A stretch of DNA of 64,000 nt from an uncultured Bacteroidota bacterium (GTDB taxonomy: Bacteria > Bacteroidota > Bacteroidia > Chitinophagales > Saprospiraceae), in assembly GCA_902609095.1 (NCBI GenBank), contig CACLQQ010000003.1, positions 2,582-66,581 on the forward strand, written 5' to 3'. Within the stretch, counting starts at the first letter, position 1; each line of letters opens with the position of its first letter. The translations under genes and the position numbers were made by a program. This document shows positions 39,996 through 50,202 of the stretch, piece by piece. The notes beneath the pieces are model-generated. The model ran no database searches. It was not told the origin of the DNA and saw only the letters and a program-made list of their open reading frames with translations.

Positions 39996-40631
39996 ATGAA
40001 CAAAGGAAAAATGAACAACGCTATCCTATACATAGATCAAAAATCCCATTTTAGGAGAGGGGTTACAGACATATACTTTTGTGGTGCTATAGATAATAAT
40101 GCCCAAGCCGTATGTGATGCGTTAACAGATGCAGGTATTGTAATAGGTTCAACTAACCCTGCAGAATTGCTTTTTTGTTTGGTGGACTGCATTAAACGCG
40201 CCCAATCCAAGAGATTCAAAAATGCGATTCAACAAGCGACAGAAATATTATCAGGTCAGTTTTCCTTCATATTTGTGACGAATCAGATGAGTGAGAAGCT
40301 ATACTGTGTGAATCATGGACTTAATATGGTTCTTGGTTTAGACTACAGTGGATTTATCATTCGAGATGAGTTATCGGTAGTACTAACTCATACTAATAGA
40401 ATCATAAGTTTGGATGTAGGTATGATGGCAGAGATTTTCGAAGATGGTACATGTCTATTTACTGATTCTGACGGGCAACGATTAAACATGGAATATCGGA
40501 ATGTCTATAACCAAGAGTCAATTTCACCAGAAGACCAAATTGTAAATATTCTTAAGAAGGAACTAAAAGGGGTAATTACAAATTTATTTAACTCAAAAGA
40601 TATAGTTACAGCTCAACTCAATCTCAGCTAA
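39996..40631 (+). CDS. Stand-alone degenerate class II glutamine amidotransferase (GlmS N-domain-like) protein
   Basis: By eye, LSGQFSFIF…KLYCVNHGLNMVLGL…FIIRDELSVVLTHTNRIISL resembles GlmS GAYAIV…LIAARKGSPLVIGI…FIASDATPIIEYTNRVIYL. It has no N-terminal Cys and no SIS domains. Confidence 0.65.
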   Translation: MNKGKMNNAILYIDQKSHFRRGVTDIYFCGAIDNNAQAVCDALTDAGIVIGSTNPAELLFCLVDCIKRAQSKRFKNAIQQATEILSGQFSFIFVTNQMSEKLYCVNHGLNMVLGLDYSGFIIRDELSVVLTHTNRIISLDVGMMAEIFEDGTCLFTDSDGQRLNMEYRNVYNQESISPEDQIVNILKKELKGVITNLFNSKDIVTAQLNLS

Positions 40632-40644
40632 GCTAAGCTAAGCT
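40626..40644. repeat. Short tandem repeat (AGCTA)x3.8 spanning the stop codon
   Basis: AGCTAAGCTAAGCTAAGCT. Confidence 0.7.
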
Positions 40645-40682
40645 CTTGACAATTAATAGGATTTTGGTTAGTTAAATTATTG

Positions 40683-40705
40683 AACCTCCGGAGGGAGGTT
40701 TTTTT
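40683..40705 (+). terminator. Intrinsic terminator after the GATase-like gene
   Basis: AACCTCC-GGAG-GGAGGTT followed by TTTTT. Confidence 0.7.
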
Positions 40706-41798
40706 ATTGCTCCAGTTTAAGCTCATTTCGAGCTTGTTGCTCTTCAATGGCAAGTTGAATTAGTCTATCAATTAACTCATCATTGGGAATACCAGATATT
40801 TTCCATAATGTAGGGTACATGCTTATATCGGTAAAGCCGGGAATGGTATTGATTTCATTGATATATAGCTCATCAGATTCAGTTATAAACATATCTACTC
40901 GAGCCATACCAGTACACTCTAAGCAACGATAAGTTTCGATAGCAGTCTGCTGAACTGCCGCAACTTGTTTTTCTGTTAGTTGGGCTGGAATATCAAGCTT
41001 AGCACCTTTCTCATCTAAATATTTACTCTCAAATGAATAAAATCCGTCATTGGGTATAACCTCTCCAGGTATTGACGCAATAGGGTCAGAATTGCCCAAA
41101 ACAGCACACTCTATTTCACGACCTGTCACTTTGCTTTCGATGATTACTTTATGATCATATAAGAAAGCATGTTCCAAAGCTTTCTGGTAGTCCTCTTCAT
41201 TTTTAACATAGGAGACACCGACCGATGAACCTAAGTTTACAGGTTTGATAAATAGCTCATTACCTAATTGAGCCACCACATCTTGATACGAATAATCGTT
41301 TTTATTATGGGGCTTGAGGGTGATAAAAGGTGCATTTTTGATGCCTGCATCTCTCAGTAGCCTTTTCATTACCTCTTTATCCATGCCTATGGCTGATCCC
41401 AGTATATCCGGTCCAACACAAGGTAGGTTGGCCAGTTTAGCAAATCCCTGAATCGCACCATCTTCACCATAAATGCCATGAAGGGCTGGAAAAATCACAT
41501 CGATCTTATGGAGGTCTTGATAAGTCTCTGAATTGATTAAACTATGATCGTCCGTATTCTGTGATAATATGAGTGGAGACGCATTTTTAGAGAGTTCAAC
41601 ACTTTGAGGATTTGATGTATCTAATAAACTTAAGCTATCATCTTGAGATAACCACTTCCCATCTTTATCTACACCGATGAGTATTGGTTCATATTTATCC
41701 TTCGGCATAGATGCCACTATATTCTTTGCAGAAAGGATAGAAATTTTATGTTCTGTAGATCTGCCACCATATATAACAGCAACCTTTAGCTTTTTCAT
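40704..41798 (-). CDS. ddl: D-alanine--D-alanine ligase
   Basis: YGGRSTEHKIS, HGIYGEDGAIQG, MDK, KPVNLGSSVGV, GREIECAVLGN, NEINTIPGFT. Confidence 0.96.
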   Translation of the reverse strand: MKKLKVAVIYGGRSTEHKISILSAKNIVASMPKDKYEPILIGVDKDGKWLSQDDSLSLLDTSNPQSVELSKNASPLILSQNTDDHSLINSETYQDLHKIDVIFPALHGIYGEDGAIQGFAKLANLPCVGPDILGSAIGMDKEVMKRLLRDAGIKNAPFITLKPHNKNDYSYQDVVAQLGNELFIKPVNLGSSVGVSYVKNEEDYQKALEHAFLYDHKVIIESKVTGREIECAVLGNSDPIASIPGEVIPNDGFYSFESKYLDEKGAKLDIPAQLTEKQVAAVQQTAIETYRCLECTGMARVDMFITESDELYINEINTIPGFTDISMYPTLWKISGIPNDELIDRLIQLAIEEQQARNELKLEQ

Positions 41799-42088
41799 AG
41801 TATTAGAATTCAATATAGCTAAGTCAGTTTAGTTCATAATTTATCTTGGAGTATGTTGAAATATTCCTATGATCTAAAATCTATTACTAACATCACCTCA
41901 ATATTAAGCATTATCACTCTTATTGCATGATGATATTCTATAATATGAGGAGTCGCTTGACAACCTGATAAATTTCCTAAATCGAAAATTTACTTGGGAA
42001 ATCGAGTAAATCCAAGCAGACGTCGTCAATAATTGTAGAAAACAAGACCTCGGAACATATTTGTGATGTCAGAAAAATTAAATAAAAA

Positions 42089-42199
42089 ATGACGACTACT
42101 AAAACTATTAACACGAAACCAGATCATTACGCAAGATTTATAATTTTATACTCTACACTTACAGCATATGCAGGAATCCTCATAGCATGCTTGCTGTAG
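42089..42199 (+). CDS. Candidate 36-aa single-pass membrane peptide
   Basis: MTTTKTINTKPDHYARFIILYSTLTAYAGILIACLL*, preceded by an A-rich leader (AAAAATTAAATAAAAA). Confidence 0.35.
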   Translation: MTTTKTINTKPDHYARFIILYSTLTAYAGILIACLL

Positions 42200-42287
42200 G
42201 GTTTAGTATGTAGTTTCAAAGACTATTGTTCACAACATATTGAGTATGTGAAGATTGGGTTTGTATTTTAGGTGTAGATCCAATCGG

Positions 42288-43875
42288 ATGAACAATAGAA
42301 CGAGAAATTTCTGGGGTTGGGGTTATGAAGACTACGATCTCAATCCATCCTAAGTAGCATAATTTAAGAATCTGCTGCAGATGGCACTTGGAGTTGACGA
42401 GTTCTCAGACCTCGATACTCCCAATTATAGATCAGCTAACCCTCAGAAAACCAAGATTTGCTATCACTGAGCGTATAAGTGAGTATTGTGTAGCTACGAA
42501 ACATGATCGAGCTTCACATAGTTATGGTTAATCATATCGCGATATCTGGAGAGGGATACATGGACAGTTTGATAATCCACCAGACTATGTGGCTTATCCA
42601 AAATCTGAAGATCAGATATCAGAGCTCATGGCCTTCGCCACAGAACGAAACATTAGCTTAATTCCATATGGAGGAGGCTCCTCCGTAGTTGGAGGTGTTG
42701 AGCCAACCAAAGATGATTGCTATAGTGGAGTGATTTCTGTAGATATGAAGCACTTCAACAAAGTCCTTGAAGTAGATATTGAAATTAGATCGGCGAGAAT
42801 ACAGGCGGGGATTTTTTGGTCCTGAATTAGAGAAATCACTAAAAGAGTATGGATTAACCATGAGGCATTTTCTTAAGAGTTTTGAGTTTTCAACTCTGGG
42901 AGGATGGATAGCAAGGAGATCTGGCGGTTATTACGCTACCTTATTTACTCATATAGATGAATTCGTTCAGTCTATTAGATTAATTATGCCTAATGGAATA
43001 ATACAATCGAGACGCCTACCGGGTTCTGGGGCAGTACCGAGTGAAGAGCGCTAAATGACAGGGTCAGAAGGTATATTTGGTATTATAACTGAGGCCTGGG
43101 TTAGGCTACAGCATATATCAATATTCACAGCGCAAACAGTAAACTTTGCTAATTGGTCTGATACGGTGAAAGCTTGTAGAGCTTTAGCGCAGTCTGGATT
43201 GAATCCATCAAATGCTCGACTCTTCGATAATGTAGAATCGTTATCTAATGGATTAGGAGATGGTCAGCACCATGTAATCATTGTTGGGTTCGAAGCTCAT
43301 AATCATGATATCGAGCCGCTCATGGTTGAGGCATTGAAAATCTGTAAGAGATTCAAGGGATATTATAGCTCCCGACCAAAAACTGAGGAAAGAGATGAAG
43401 TAGCTAATAGTTGGAAACGTTCATTTCTACAAGCACCATATCTACGTGATGAATTTGTTCGACTGGGGTGTATCATGAAAACTTTTGAAACTGCAGTGAC
43501 CTGGGATCAGTTTGAAGTTTTTCACGCGGGAATCATCACTGCTGCTCAGGGGGCAATAAATAGGATTTGCGGAGAAGGAATGATCACTTGCAAGTTTACA
43601 CACTTATATGCTGACGGGCCCGCTCCATACTATAGAATTATAGCTAAGGGATAAACTGAATCTGAAATAGATCAGTGGGATGAGATTAAAAAAAAGTCCC
43701 ATCTAAAATCATAGAGTTAGGTAGTACGATCACACATCATCATGCGGTAGGTAAGGATCACCAGCCCTATTATGAGAATCAGAGGAGTGAGCTATTCACT
43801 CAGTCCTTAGAGGCGATAAAAGATAAGTTGGATCCCTCTTGGATTATGAATCCAGATGTGCTAATCAAAAGATGA
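42288..43875 (+). pseudogene. Decayed FAD-binding oxidoreductase (alkyl-dihydroxyacetone-phosphate synthase-like)
   Basis: Fragments MNNRTRNFWGWGYED, IPYGGGSSVVGGVEP, SFEFSTLGGWIA, GSEGIFGIITEA, FTHLYADGPAPYY, HHHAVGKDH, LDPSWIMNP. They are interrupted by TAA stops (42351, 42360, 42528, 43052, 43652) and frameshifts. Confidence 0.9.
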
Positions 43876-43881
43876 GTCTTT

Positions 43882-46173
43882 TCAGGGTTTCAACTTAGCT
43901 GTAATAATACTACCAGCATCGGAATTCCTGCTCCTTCCATTGAAAACAACCTCAAGATCGGTATCGCTTAAGTTATTAATGGTCACTTCCGTCTTAGTTA
44001 CTGTTACCTCAAGTAGTGATCTTCTGAACACGATCTTAAATGAATAGCTATCCCACTGCTCTGGGATTAATGGGGTAAATGCTGGTTTCCCATCATGTAT
44101 TCTTAGACCTGCGAAACCCTTAACAATGGATAACCAAGTTCCGGCCATGCTTGTGATATGACATCCATCCTCAGTATCATTATTATAATCATCTAAATCT
44201 AATCGAGCTGTGCGCAGATACATTTCATAGGCCTTGTCCTGTTTGCCTAGCTTAGCAGCAAGTATGCTATGGATACATGGAGATAGAGATGATTCATGAA
44301 CTGTTTTTGGTTCGTAGTAATCAAAGTTTCTTTCAACAGTCTCTTGATCAAAATTCTCCTCAAAGAAATATATACCTTGCAAAACGTCAGCCTGTTTGAT
44401 GAATGGAGATCTCAAGATTCTGTCCCAACTCCAATTCTGATTAATCGGTCTGTCAGAATCACTGAGGTCTTCAACAGTTAGGTCCTCCTTATCTAAGAAT
44501 CCATCTTGTTGTAGATAGATACCACCAGATTTACTGACCGGCTCGTAGATTCGCTCGCTGATGTCTTTCCATTTTTTGGTTTCTTCATCAGTTATAGTGA
44601 GTGTCTCACAGAGTTCCTCATAGCGATCTGGATGTTTGGCTTTTACCGAGGAGAGACATTCAGCGGTGTAGGATAAACACCACTTAGCGATATAGTTCGT
44701 GTACCAATTATTGTTGACGTTGTTCTCATACTCATTGGGCCCGGTTACTCCAAGGATTACATACTTGCGCTCCGCGTTACTGTATGATACCCGCTCTACC
44801 CAGAATCTGGCGATACCAGTGAGGACATCAATGCCATATTCTGCCAGATAAGAATCGTCACCCGTATAGCGGATATAGTCGTAAATGGCATATGCTATAG
44901 CACCATTTCTGTGAATCTCTTCGAACGTTATTTCCCATTCATTGTGACACTCCTCGCCATTCATAGTTACCATAGGGTAGAGAGCAGCCCCATTTTCGAA
45001 ACCCAATAATTGGGCATTTTCAATGGCTTTTCGTAGATGTCTGTGCCTATAAACTAAGAGGTTCTTAGCTATCTCCTGTGAAGTGGTACTCATGTAGAAT
45101 GGTAAACAATATGCTTCTGTATCCCAGTAAGTACTACCACCGTACTTTTCTCCAGTGAAACCTTTAGGGCCTATGTTGAGTCTGGCGTCTTCTCCATTAT
45201 AGGTTTGCATAAGTTGAAAGATATTGAAACGTATACCTTGCTGTGCACTCTCATCGCCAGTGATGGAGATATTACAGTTCTCCCATATATCTTTCCAAGC
45301 TTTTGCTTGAGCCTTGCTTGCTTCTTCATAACCTGTTTTTTCCGCCAATTTAACAGTATCATTGGCTATACCTTCTAATTGCTTAGGCTCGTGGTAAAAA
45401 GAGCTGCAGATTCCAACATATTTGTAGAATATGAATGAGTCTGACTCAGTGAGCTTTACCTTATAGACATGACTTGCTGACCTATCTTTTTGTTTTGTCT
45501 TGAATTTATTTTGATTTGGTGAGGCTGTTCTCATAGCAGCTATTACGTCAAACTTTGTTTTCTTAGTGGTAGCTCTCACCCAAGAGGTCTTCTTGCCACT
45601 TTTAGACTGATGATTCTTCCAAAAATCTTCATCATAGTTGCTATCAGAGTTTCTTACATCAAAATCCAGATAAGCGTCTATCTCAATTTTAGCTTTTTGA
45701 TCACTCGATATTTCATATCTGAGAAAGCACTGATCCTTGTGATTCTGACTATAAAAGCGTTGAGTGTCAATGATATAGGTGATTCCTTTCTTTTTGAAGC
45801 TGCAACTGCGTGATAAGATTCCATGTTGCATATCTAATTCTCTATAGAATGACTGAAACTTAACCTTTGATAAGTCAATTGTTTTATTCCCAATCTTAAG
45901 GTTTATGCCTATCCAGTTAACAGAGTTCAGTACTTTAGCGAAGTATTCTGGGTATCCATTTTTCCACCAACCCACTCTCGTCTTATCTGGATAGTATACA
46001 CCACCTATATAGCTTCCTTGTAAACTCTCGCCACTATATTTCTCAGGGAAATTAGCACGCTGACCCATACGCCCATTACCGATGCTCATCAAACTCTCCG
46101 AGTTAGGGTGAAGCTCTGCATCAAAACTTTCTTCAATAATCTTCCATGGGTGTATCGTGATATATGATTTCAT
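43882..46173 (-). CDS. Glycoside hydrolase family 65 (maltose phosphorylase-like)
   Basis: YYPDKTRVGWWKNGYP, NIGPKGFTGEKYGG, YWDTE, GPNEYE, IKQAD, HESSLS; downstream of pgmB. Confidence 0.93.
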   Translation of the reverse strand: MKSYITIHPWKIIEESFDAELHPNSESLMSIGNGRMGQRANFPEKYSGESLQGSYIGGVYYPDKTRVGWWKNGYPEYFAKVLNSVNWIGINLKIGNKTIDLSKVKFQSFYRELDMQHGILSRSCSFKKKGITYIIDTQRFYSQNHKDQCFLRYEISSDQKAKIEIDAYLDFDVRNSDSNYDEDFWKNHQSKSGKKTSWVRATTKKTKFDVIAAMRTASPNQNKFKTKQKDRSASHVYKVKLTESDSFIFYKYVGICSSFYHEPKQLEGIANDTVKLAEKTGYEEASKAQAKAWKDIWENCNISITGDESAQQGIRFNIFQLMQTYNGEDARLNIGPKGFTGEKYGGSTYWDTEAYCLPFYMSTTSQEIAKNLLVYRHRHLRKAIENAQLLGFENGAALYPMVTMNGEECHNEWEITFEEIHRNGAIAYAIYDYIRYTGDDSYLAEYGIDVLTGIARFWVERVSYSNAERKYVILGVTGPNEYENNVNNNWYTNYIAKWCLSYTAECLSSVKAKHPDRYEELCETLTITDEETKKWKDISERIYEPVSKSGGIYLQQDGFLDKEDLTVEDLSDSDRPINQNWSWDRILRSPFIKQADVLQGIYFFEENFDQETVERNFDYYEPKTVHESSLSPCIHSILAAKLGKQDKAYEMYLRTARLDLDDYNNDTEDGCHITSMAGTWLSIVKGFAGLRIHDGKPAFTPLIPEQWDSYSFKIVFRRSLLEVTVTKTEVTINNLSDTDLEVVFNGRSRNSDAGSIITAKLKP

Positions 46174-46193
46174 AGCTTGGATAAAGTATATAG

Positions 46194-46847
46194 TTAATTT
46201 AAGGCGGCTAAGATGTCATCAAATGTAATGCCGCTCAAGTTTCCATAGACGACTTCTGCAAGGGGTAGATTTTCTGCCGTTCCAATTCCAACAGTTCTGA
46301 AACCTCCAGATATGGCCGCTTCTAAGCCTTTTAAACTATCCTCGAATACGATTGATTCATTCGGTTGAACTCCTAATCCTTCAGCACCATTTAAGAATAC
46401 CTCAGGATCAGGCTTACTTCGTGTGACACCATTTCCATCTACGATGATCTCAAAATTTTCCTTTAGACCGATTAGTTCCAATACCTTAATTGCATTTTTA
46501 CTAGCTGAACCTAAGGCGATTTTAATTCTCCTTGATTCTAAGGTCTCTAACAGCTGAGTGATGCCCGGCAGAATAGCTGACTCATTTATATTATTCAGAG
46601 AGTCCTGGTAATACGTGTTTTTTACTTTGCAGAGTTCATCTTTTTCTTGATCCGTTTTATGAATATTCGCCATATTTAACATCATGTTCAGGGAATCGAT
46701 TCGACTGATTCCTTTTAGCTTTTCATTCATATCGTGAGTGAAATCAAAACCTAAAGAAGATGCTATGCCCTGCCAAGCTTTGAAGTGATACACAGCAGTA
46801 TCTACGATAACACCATCTAAGTCAAAAATGCATGCTTTAATATTCAT
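46194..46847 (-). CDS. pgmB: Beta-phosphoglucomutase
   Basis: FDLDGVIVDTA, LKGISR, GSASKNA, KPDPEVF, VFEDS. Confidence 0.94.
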   Translation of the reverse strand: MNIKACIFDLDGVIVDTAVYHFKAWQGIASSLGFDFTHDMNEKLKGISRIDSLNMMLNMANIHKTDQEKDELCKVKNTYYQDSLNNINESAILPGITQLLETLESRRIKIALGSASKNAIKVLELIGLKENFEIIVDGNGVTRSKPDPEVFLNGAEGLGVQPNESIVFEDSLKGLEAAISGGFRTVGIGTAENLPLAEVVYGNLSGITFDDILAALN

Positions 46848-46992
46848 AATGAGATAGTTGTTGACTACTAAAAAAGACGACGAAGTTAGGATAATCCTTA
46901 ATTTGCTAAATGCTAATTGAATGAATTATCTTCATTAAACGTTATTGAAAACCTCAATTTGAATAATTCTTTTGAGTAAGATTTCTTTGTCT

Positions 46993-48606
46993 TCATACAA
47001 TGACTTTTCCAGACTCTTTTTTGCGTCTTTTCTTCAGGTTTTCGATTAGATCATCTTTGATTTTGGAAGCATTGATAGCGTCCAGGTGCATATAGATTCT
47101 ACTTAGATACTCTCTTGATACAGGCCCAAAGTGATGTTGCATATAGTCATTACATAGGTCAGTATATAAGGCTACTATTTCTTTGTGGTGTGTTTGTTTT
47201 AATGACTTAGCAAATTTATTGAGTAGAGCGATATCCGGTGATTTGGTTAGGGTTTCAATAGCCTTATCATATACATCTATGATAATAAAGTATTGTATCT
47301 GATGAGCGGGCTCAGGTAGACTTTGAAAAAAATCATCGATAGTTGATTGCATCGAATCAACCTGCTTATTGTTGTTCCTTAAATAAAATAAGAAGTCTGC
47401 ATCACCAGATTCTATGTACAATTGTAAGATCGCTTCTATCAGTATTTGTTCCTCTATCTGTACCGTTATATTCTGAGTGATTTGTTTGGCTATGAAAAAA
47501 TTAACTTTCCTCTGAATCAAAAATTCCTTCATTACATCTTCTACACCTGGTAGGCTGCTATAATTCAGTAGAACTAATATGATTCTATAACTTTCTTGTC
47601 GGTCTATATGACTGATGCTTAGATTTCGAGTGGATTGATCAATGATTAAACCAAGAGATTTTATAAAGTAATAAGAAGAAAGATCTTGACTCTTTCCTTT
47701 GCTGAGATATGATTTGATAATCAGAGATATCCGATCTAAGTGATTCTTGTTTTTTAAGGTGTGTAGCCAGAGTTCTTGTTCTGCAGGTGTGTCTGCGCTT
47801 ATGTATGATGAGCTAAGCAGTTCAAAGGTTTGATCTATAACACTAAGCTTAAACTCCGGCGCTTCAATATTTGTCATGACTTCTCTGTAATATTTCAGTA
47901 ATGACTCATGATTCAGCAACAGATTCTTATGAGCTTTAGTCAGTTTACTCTTTATGTAAAATGACTTCTTCAATAAAGGTAGGATTAGATTATACGCCTC
48001 TAGCACATCTTCTATCCTTATATAGTGACTGAGATGCTGACTCAAGTGCTGGCTGATCATTAAGAAGTTATTTGCAGCCTTAGGTGTCACTCTTTGTTCA
48101 TCTTTCGTATGGATAGGGTAGGACTTTTCTATGAGAGTAACTTGTTCATGAGGAGCGAGTCGATCATAGTTGAGCGCATATAGCTGTAATCTAAACTCTG
48201 CATTAGATCGACTATAATCCGTTATGACATCTACAAGCTCTTCTTGTTTGAGGCCATTCAATAGGTCTTTAACCTTTCTAAGCGACTTTTTCTTTTTTGT
48301 TTTAACCTCTTCATTTGACAAGTCTCGACGTAGAAAAATAATTGAAGCTGCAACATGAGCGCAGAGCTTACCTTTCAAGAATTCATTGCAATTGCATTGG
48401 TAGCTTTTAATCGTCTTTTCGTTGATAGTAGCTGAGACTTGATAATGAAAGTTGGAATCTTTGACAGTTAGATTCCAGTGATTAGAGTATTTTTGCCCAT
48501 TGATTGCGTTAGCATCGATTAACTGTTCTGCAGACAATAAGATATCCTCTGCGATATCTCGCTCGATGAATGTGATCTCTTTATTGAATAGCTCAGAATA
48601 GTTCAA
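46993..48606 (-). CDS. SWIM zinc-finger domain protein
   Basis: CNC…LCAH (CxC-x8-CxH) followed by a helical C-terminal region. Confidence 0.8.
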   Translation of the reverse strand: MNYSELFNKEITFIERDIAEDILLSAEQLIDANAINGQKYSNHWNLTVKDSNFHYQVSATINEKTIKSYQCNCNEFLKGKLCAHVAASIIFLRRDLSNEEVKTKKKKSLRKVKDLLNGLKQEELVDVITDYSRSNAEFRLQLYALNYDRLAPHEQVTLIEKSYPIHTKDEQRVTPKAANNFLMISQHLSQHLSHYIRIEDVLEAYNLILPLLKKSFYIKSKLTKAHKNLLLNHESLLKYYREVMTNIEAPEFKLSVIDQTFELLSSSYISADTPAEQELWLHTLKNKNHLDRISLIIKSYLSKGKSQDLSSYYFIKSLGLIIDQSTRNLSISHIDRQESYRIILVLLNYSSLPGVEDVMKEFLIQRKVNFFIAKQITQNITVQIEEQILIEAILQLYIESGDADFLFYLRNNNKQVDSMQSTIDDFFQSLPEPAHQIQYFIIIDVYDKAIETLTKSPDIALLNKFAKSLKQTHHKEIVALYTDLCNDYMQHHFGPVSREYLSRIYMHLDAINASKIKDDLIENLKKRRKKESGKVIV

Positions 48607-48678
48607 TCTCAGTCTAAAATCTGTTAAGTTTATACCAATCTATTAAGTTAGATCATTTCCAGTTAAACATTCAAGACT

Positions 48679-49170
48679 ATGAAGCGATTGTTTTTTTCTC
48701 GACATGCAAAATCCAGTTGGGGGGATTTGAGCCTAAGAGATATTGATAGACCGCTCAATAAACGTGGTAAGCGAGATGCACCAATAATGGCTGAAAAACT
48801 AAGCCAGATTATTGATCACATAGACTTACTGTTAAGTAGTCCTGCAAAAAGAACATTGTTAACTCGGTCATATTTTGAAAAAAACCTCTCACATTCTGCA
48901 GTAGGAGTAGATAAGAAGATTTATGGGGCTTCTCATAGTGATCTTTTGAATGTTATATGCGATTTGTCAGATGAGTATGAGTCTGTTCTACTATTTGGGC
49001 ATAATCCATCGTTTACCATGATTTACAATCATCTTGCAGATAATTATCTTGATAATCTTCCAACTAGTGGCATTTTTGGAATAAGTTCTCAGGCTACAAT
49101 TTGGAACGATTTAGATGCTACTAATAGTAAGATTGAATTTCTCATCTATCCTAAATTATATATCTCTTGA
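48679..49170 (+). CDS. sixA: SixA-like histidine phosphatase
   Basis: RHAKSSW, DRPLNKRG, SSPAKR, LFGHNP. Confidence 0.88.
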   Translation: MKRLFFSRHAKSSWGDLSLRDIDRPLNKRGKRDAPIMAEKLSQIIDHIDLLLSSPAKRTLLTRSYFEKNLSHSAVGVDKKIYGASHSDLLNVICDLSDEYESVLLFGHNPSFTMIYNHLADNYLDNLPTSGIFGISSQATIWNDLDATNSKIEFLIYPKLYIS

Positions 49171-49517
49171 GTAGATTTCGATTGTTTACACTTTCTACCT
49201 TATGTCTAATATCATGTACTCCTGGATATGAGAAAATTGAACGAGCGGAAATGTTAGATATCATGAGTGATCTCATGATAGTAGAGCAAGTGGTTCGAAA
49301 TTATGATGTGAGATCACAAGATTCTATCAGAGATGTTCTCAAAGAAAGTTTACTTAAAGTTCACAACGTAACCGAACAACAACTCGATACGAACCTATAT
49401 CTTTATCAGTACAATACTGAGTCTTTTAAATCTTTCTCTGTAGATCTTGTGAAACTGTTAGAACAGAAGCGAGAAGAAGACTATGATTCAAAAAAACTAC
49501 AATGTAAAGATCAATGA
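49167..49517 (+). CDS. DUF4296-like lipoprotein
   Basis: Lipobox LISC; MLDIMSDLMI, LKVHNVTEQQL…NLYLY. Confidence 0.7.
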   Translation: MSRFRLFTLSTLCLISCTPGYEKIERAEMLDIMSDLMIVEQVVRNYDVRSQDSIRDVLKESLLKVHNVTEQQLDTNLYLYQYNTESFKSFSVDLVKLLEQKREEDYDSKKLQCKDQ

Positions 49518-50200
49518 GCAGTGATATCAAAATCTTGATTGTAGATGATGAAGAGGATATATTAGAATTTGTCAGTTATAATCTATCAAAAGAAGGTTAT
49601 CAGATAGACGTAGCTTCTGATGGTCCAACTGCCATAGACAAAGTTGAAAAATTCGTCCCTGACTTAATCATATTGGATATTATGATGCCAGGTATGGATG
49701 GTATCGAGGTTTGTACCACCCTTAGAGAAAATAAAGATCTTAATAACACCCTGATTATTTTTCTAACTGCTCGTAATGAATCGTTCACTCAGGTCTCAGC
49801 ATTGGAATCAGGTGGAGATGATTTTATTACTAAACCAGTAAAGCCCAATGTTCTAAAGAGCAAGGTAAAGGCATTAATTAGAAGACATTACAGGTTTCAG
49901 AACAAAAATCAGCAAGAAATTCTCAAATTTGGTGTCTTAGAAATTGATAAAGAGGAGTTCAAGGTTTCGTTAAATGGAAAGGAGATTGGAATGGCAAAGA
50001 AAGAATTTGAATTATTGAACTTACTGGTATCTAAGCCAGGAAAGGTCTACAAGAGGGAGGAGATATTGAGACAAGTTTGGGGTAAAGAAATAATAGTGGG
50101 AGATAGGACGATAGATGTTCATATTAGGAAAGTGAGAGAAAAAATTGGAAGTCAATACATCAAAACTTATAAAGGGGTTGGTTATAAATTTAAGTTTTAA
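49514..50200 (+). CDS. OmpR/PhoB-family response regulator
   Basis: ILIVDDE, LDIMMP, GGDDFITKP, RTIDVHIRKVREK, GVGYKF. Confidence 0.95.
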   Translation: MSSDIKILIVDDEEDILEFVSYNLSKEGYQIDVASDGPTAIDKVEKFVPDLIILDIMMPGMDGIEVCTTLRENKDLNNTLIIFLTARNESFTQVSALESGGDDFITKPVKPNVLKSKVKALIRRHYRFQNKNQQEILKFGVLEIDKEEFKVSLNGKEIGMAKKEFELLNLLVSKPGKVYKREEILRQVWGKEIIVGDRTIDVHIRKVREKIGSQYIKTYKGVGYKFKF

Positions 50201-50202
50201 TC

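Noticed and set aside
42351-43654. Stop-codon reassignment or read-through explaining the TAA stops in the oxidoreductase
   Set aside because: TAA ends many normal genes in this window, and frameshifts co-occur with the stops, so pseudogene decay is the simpler explanation.
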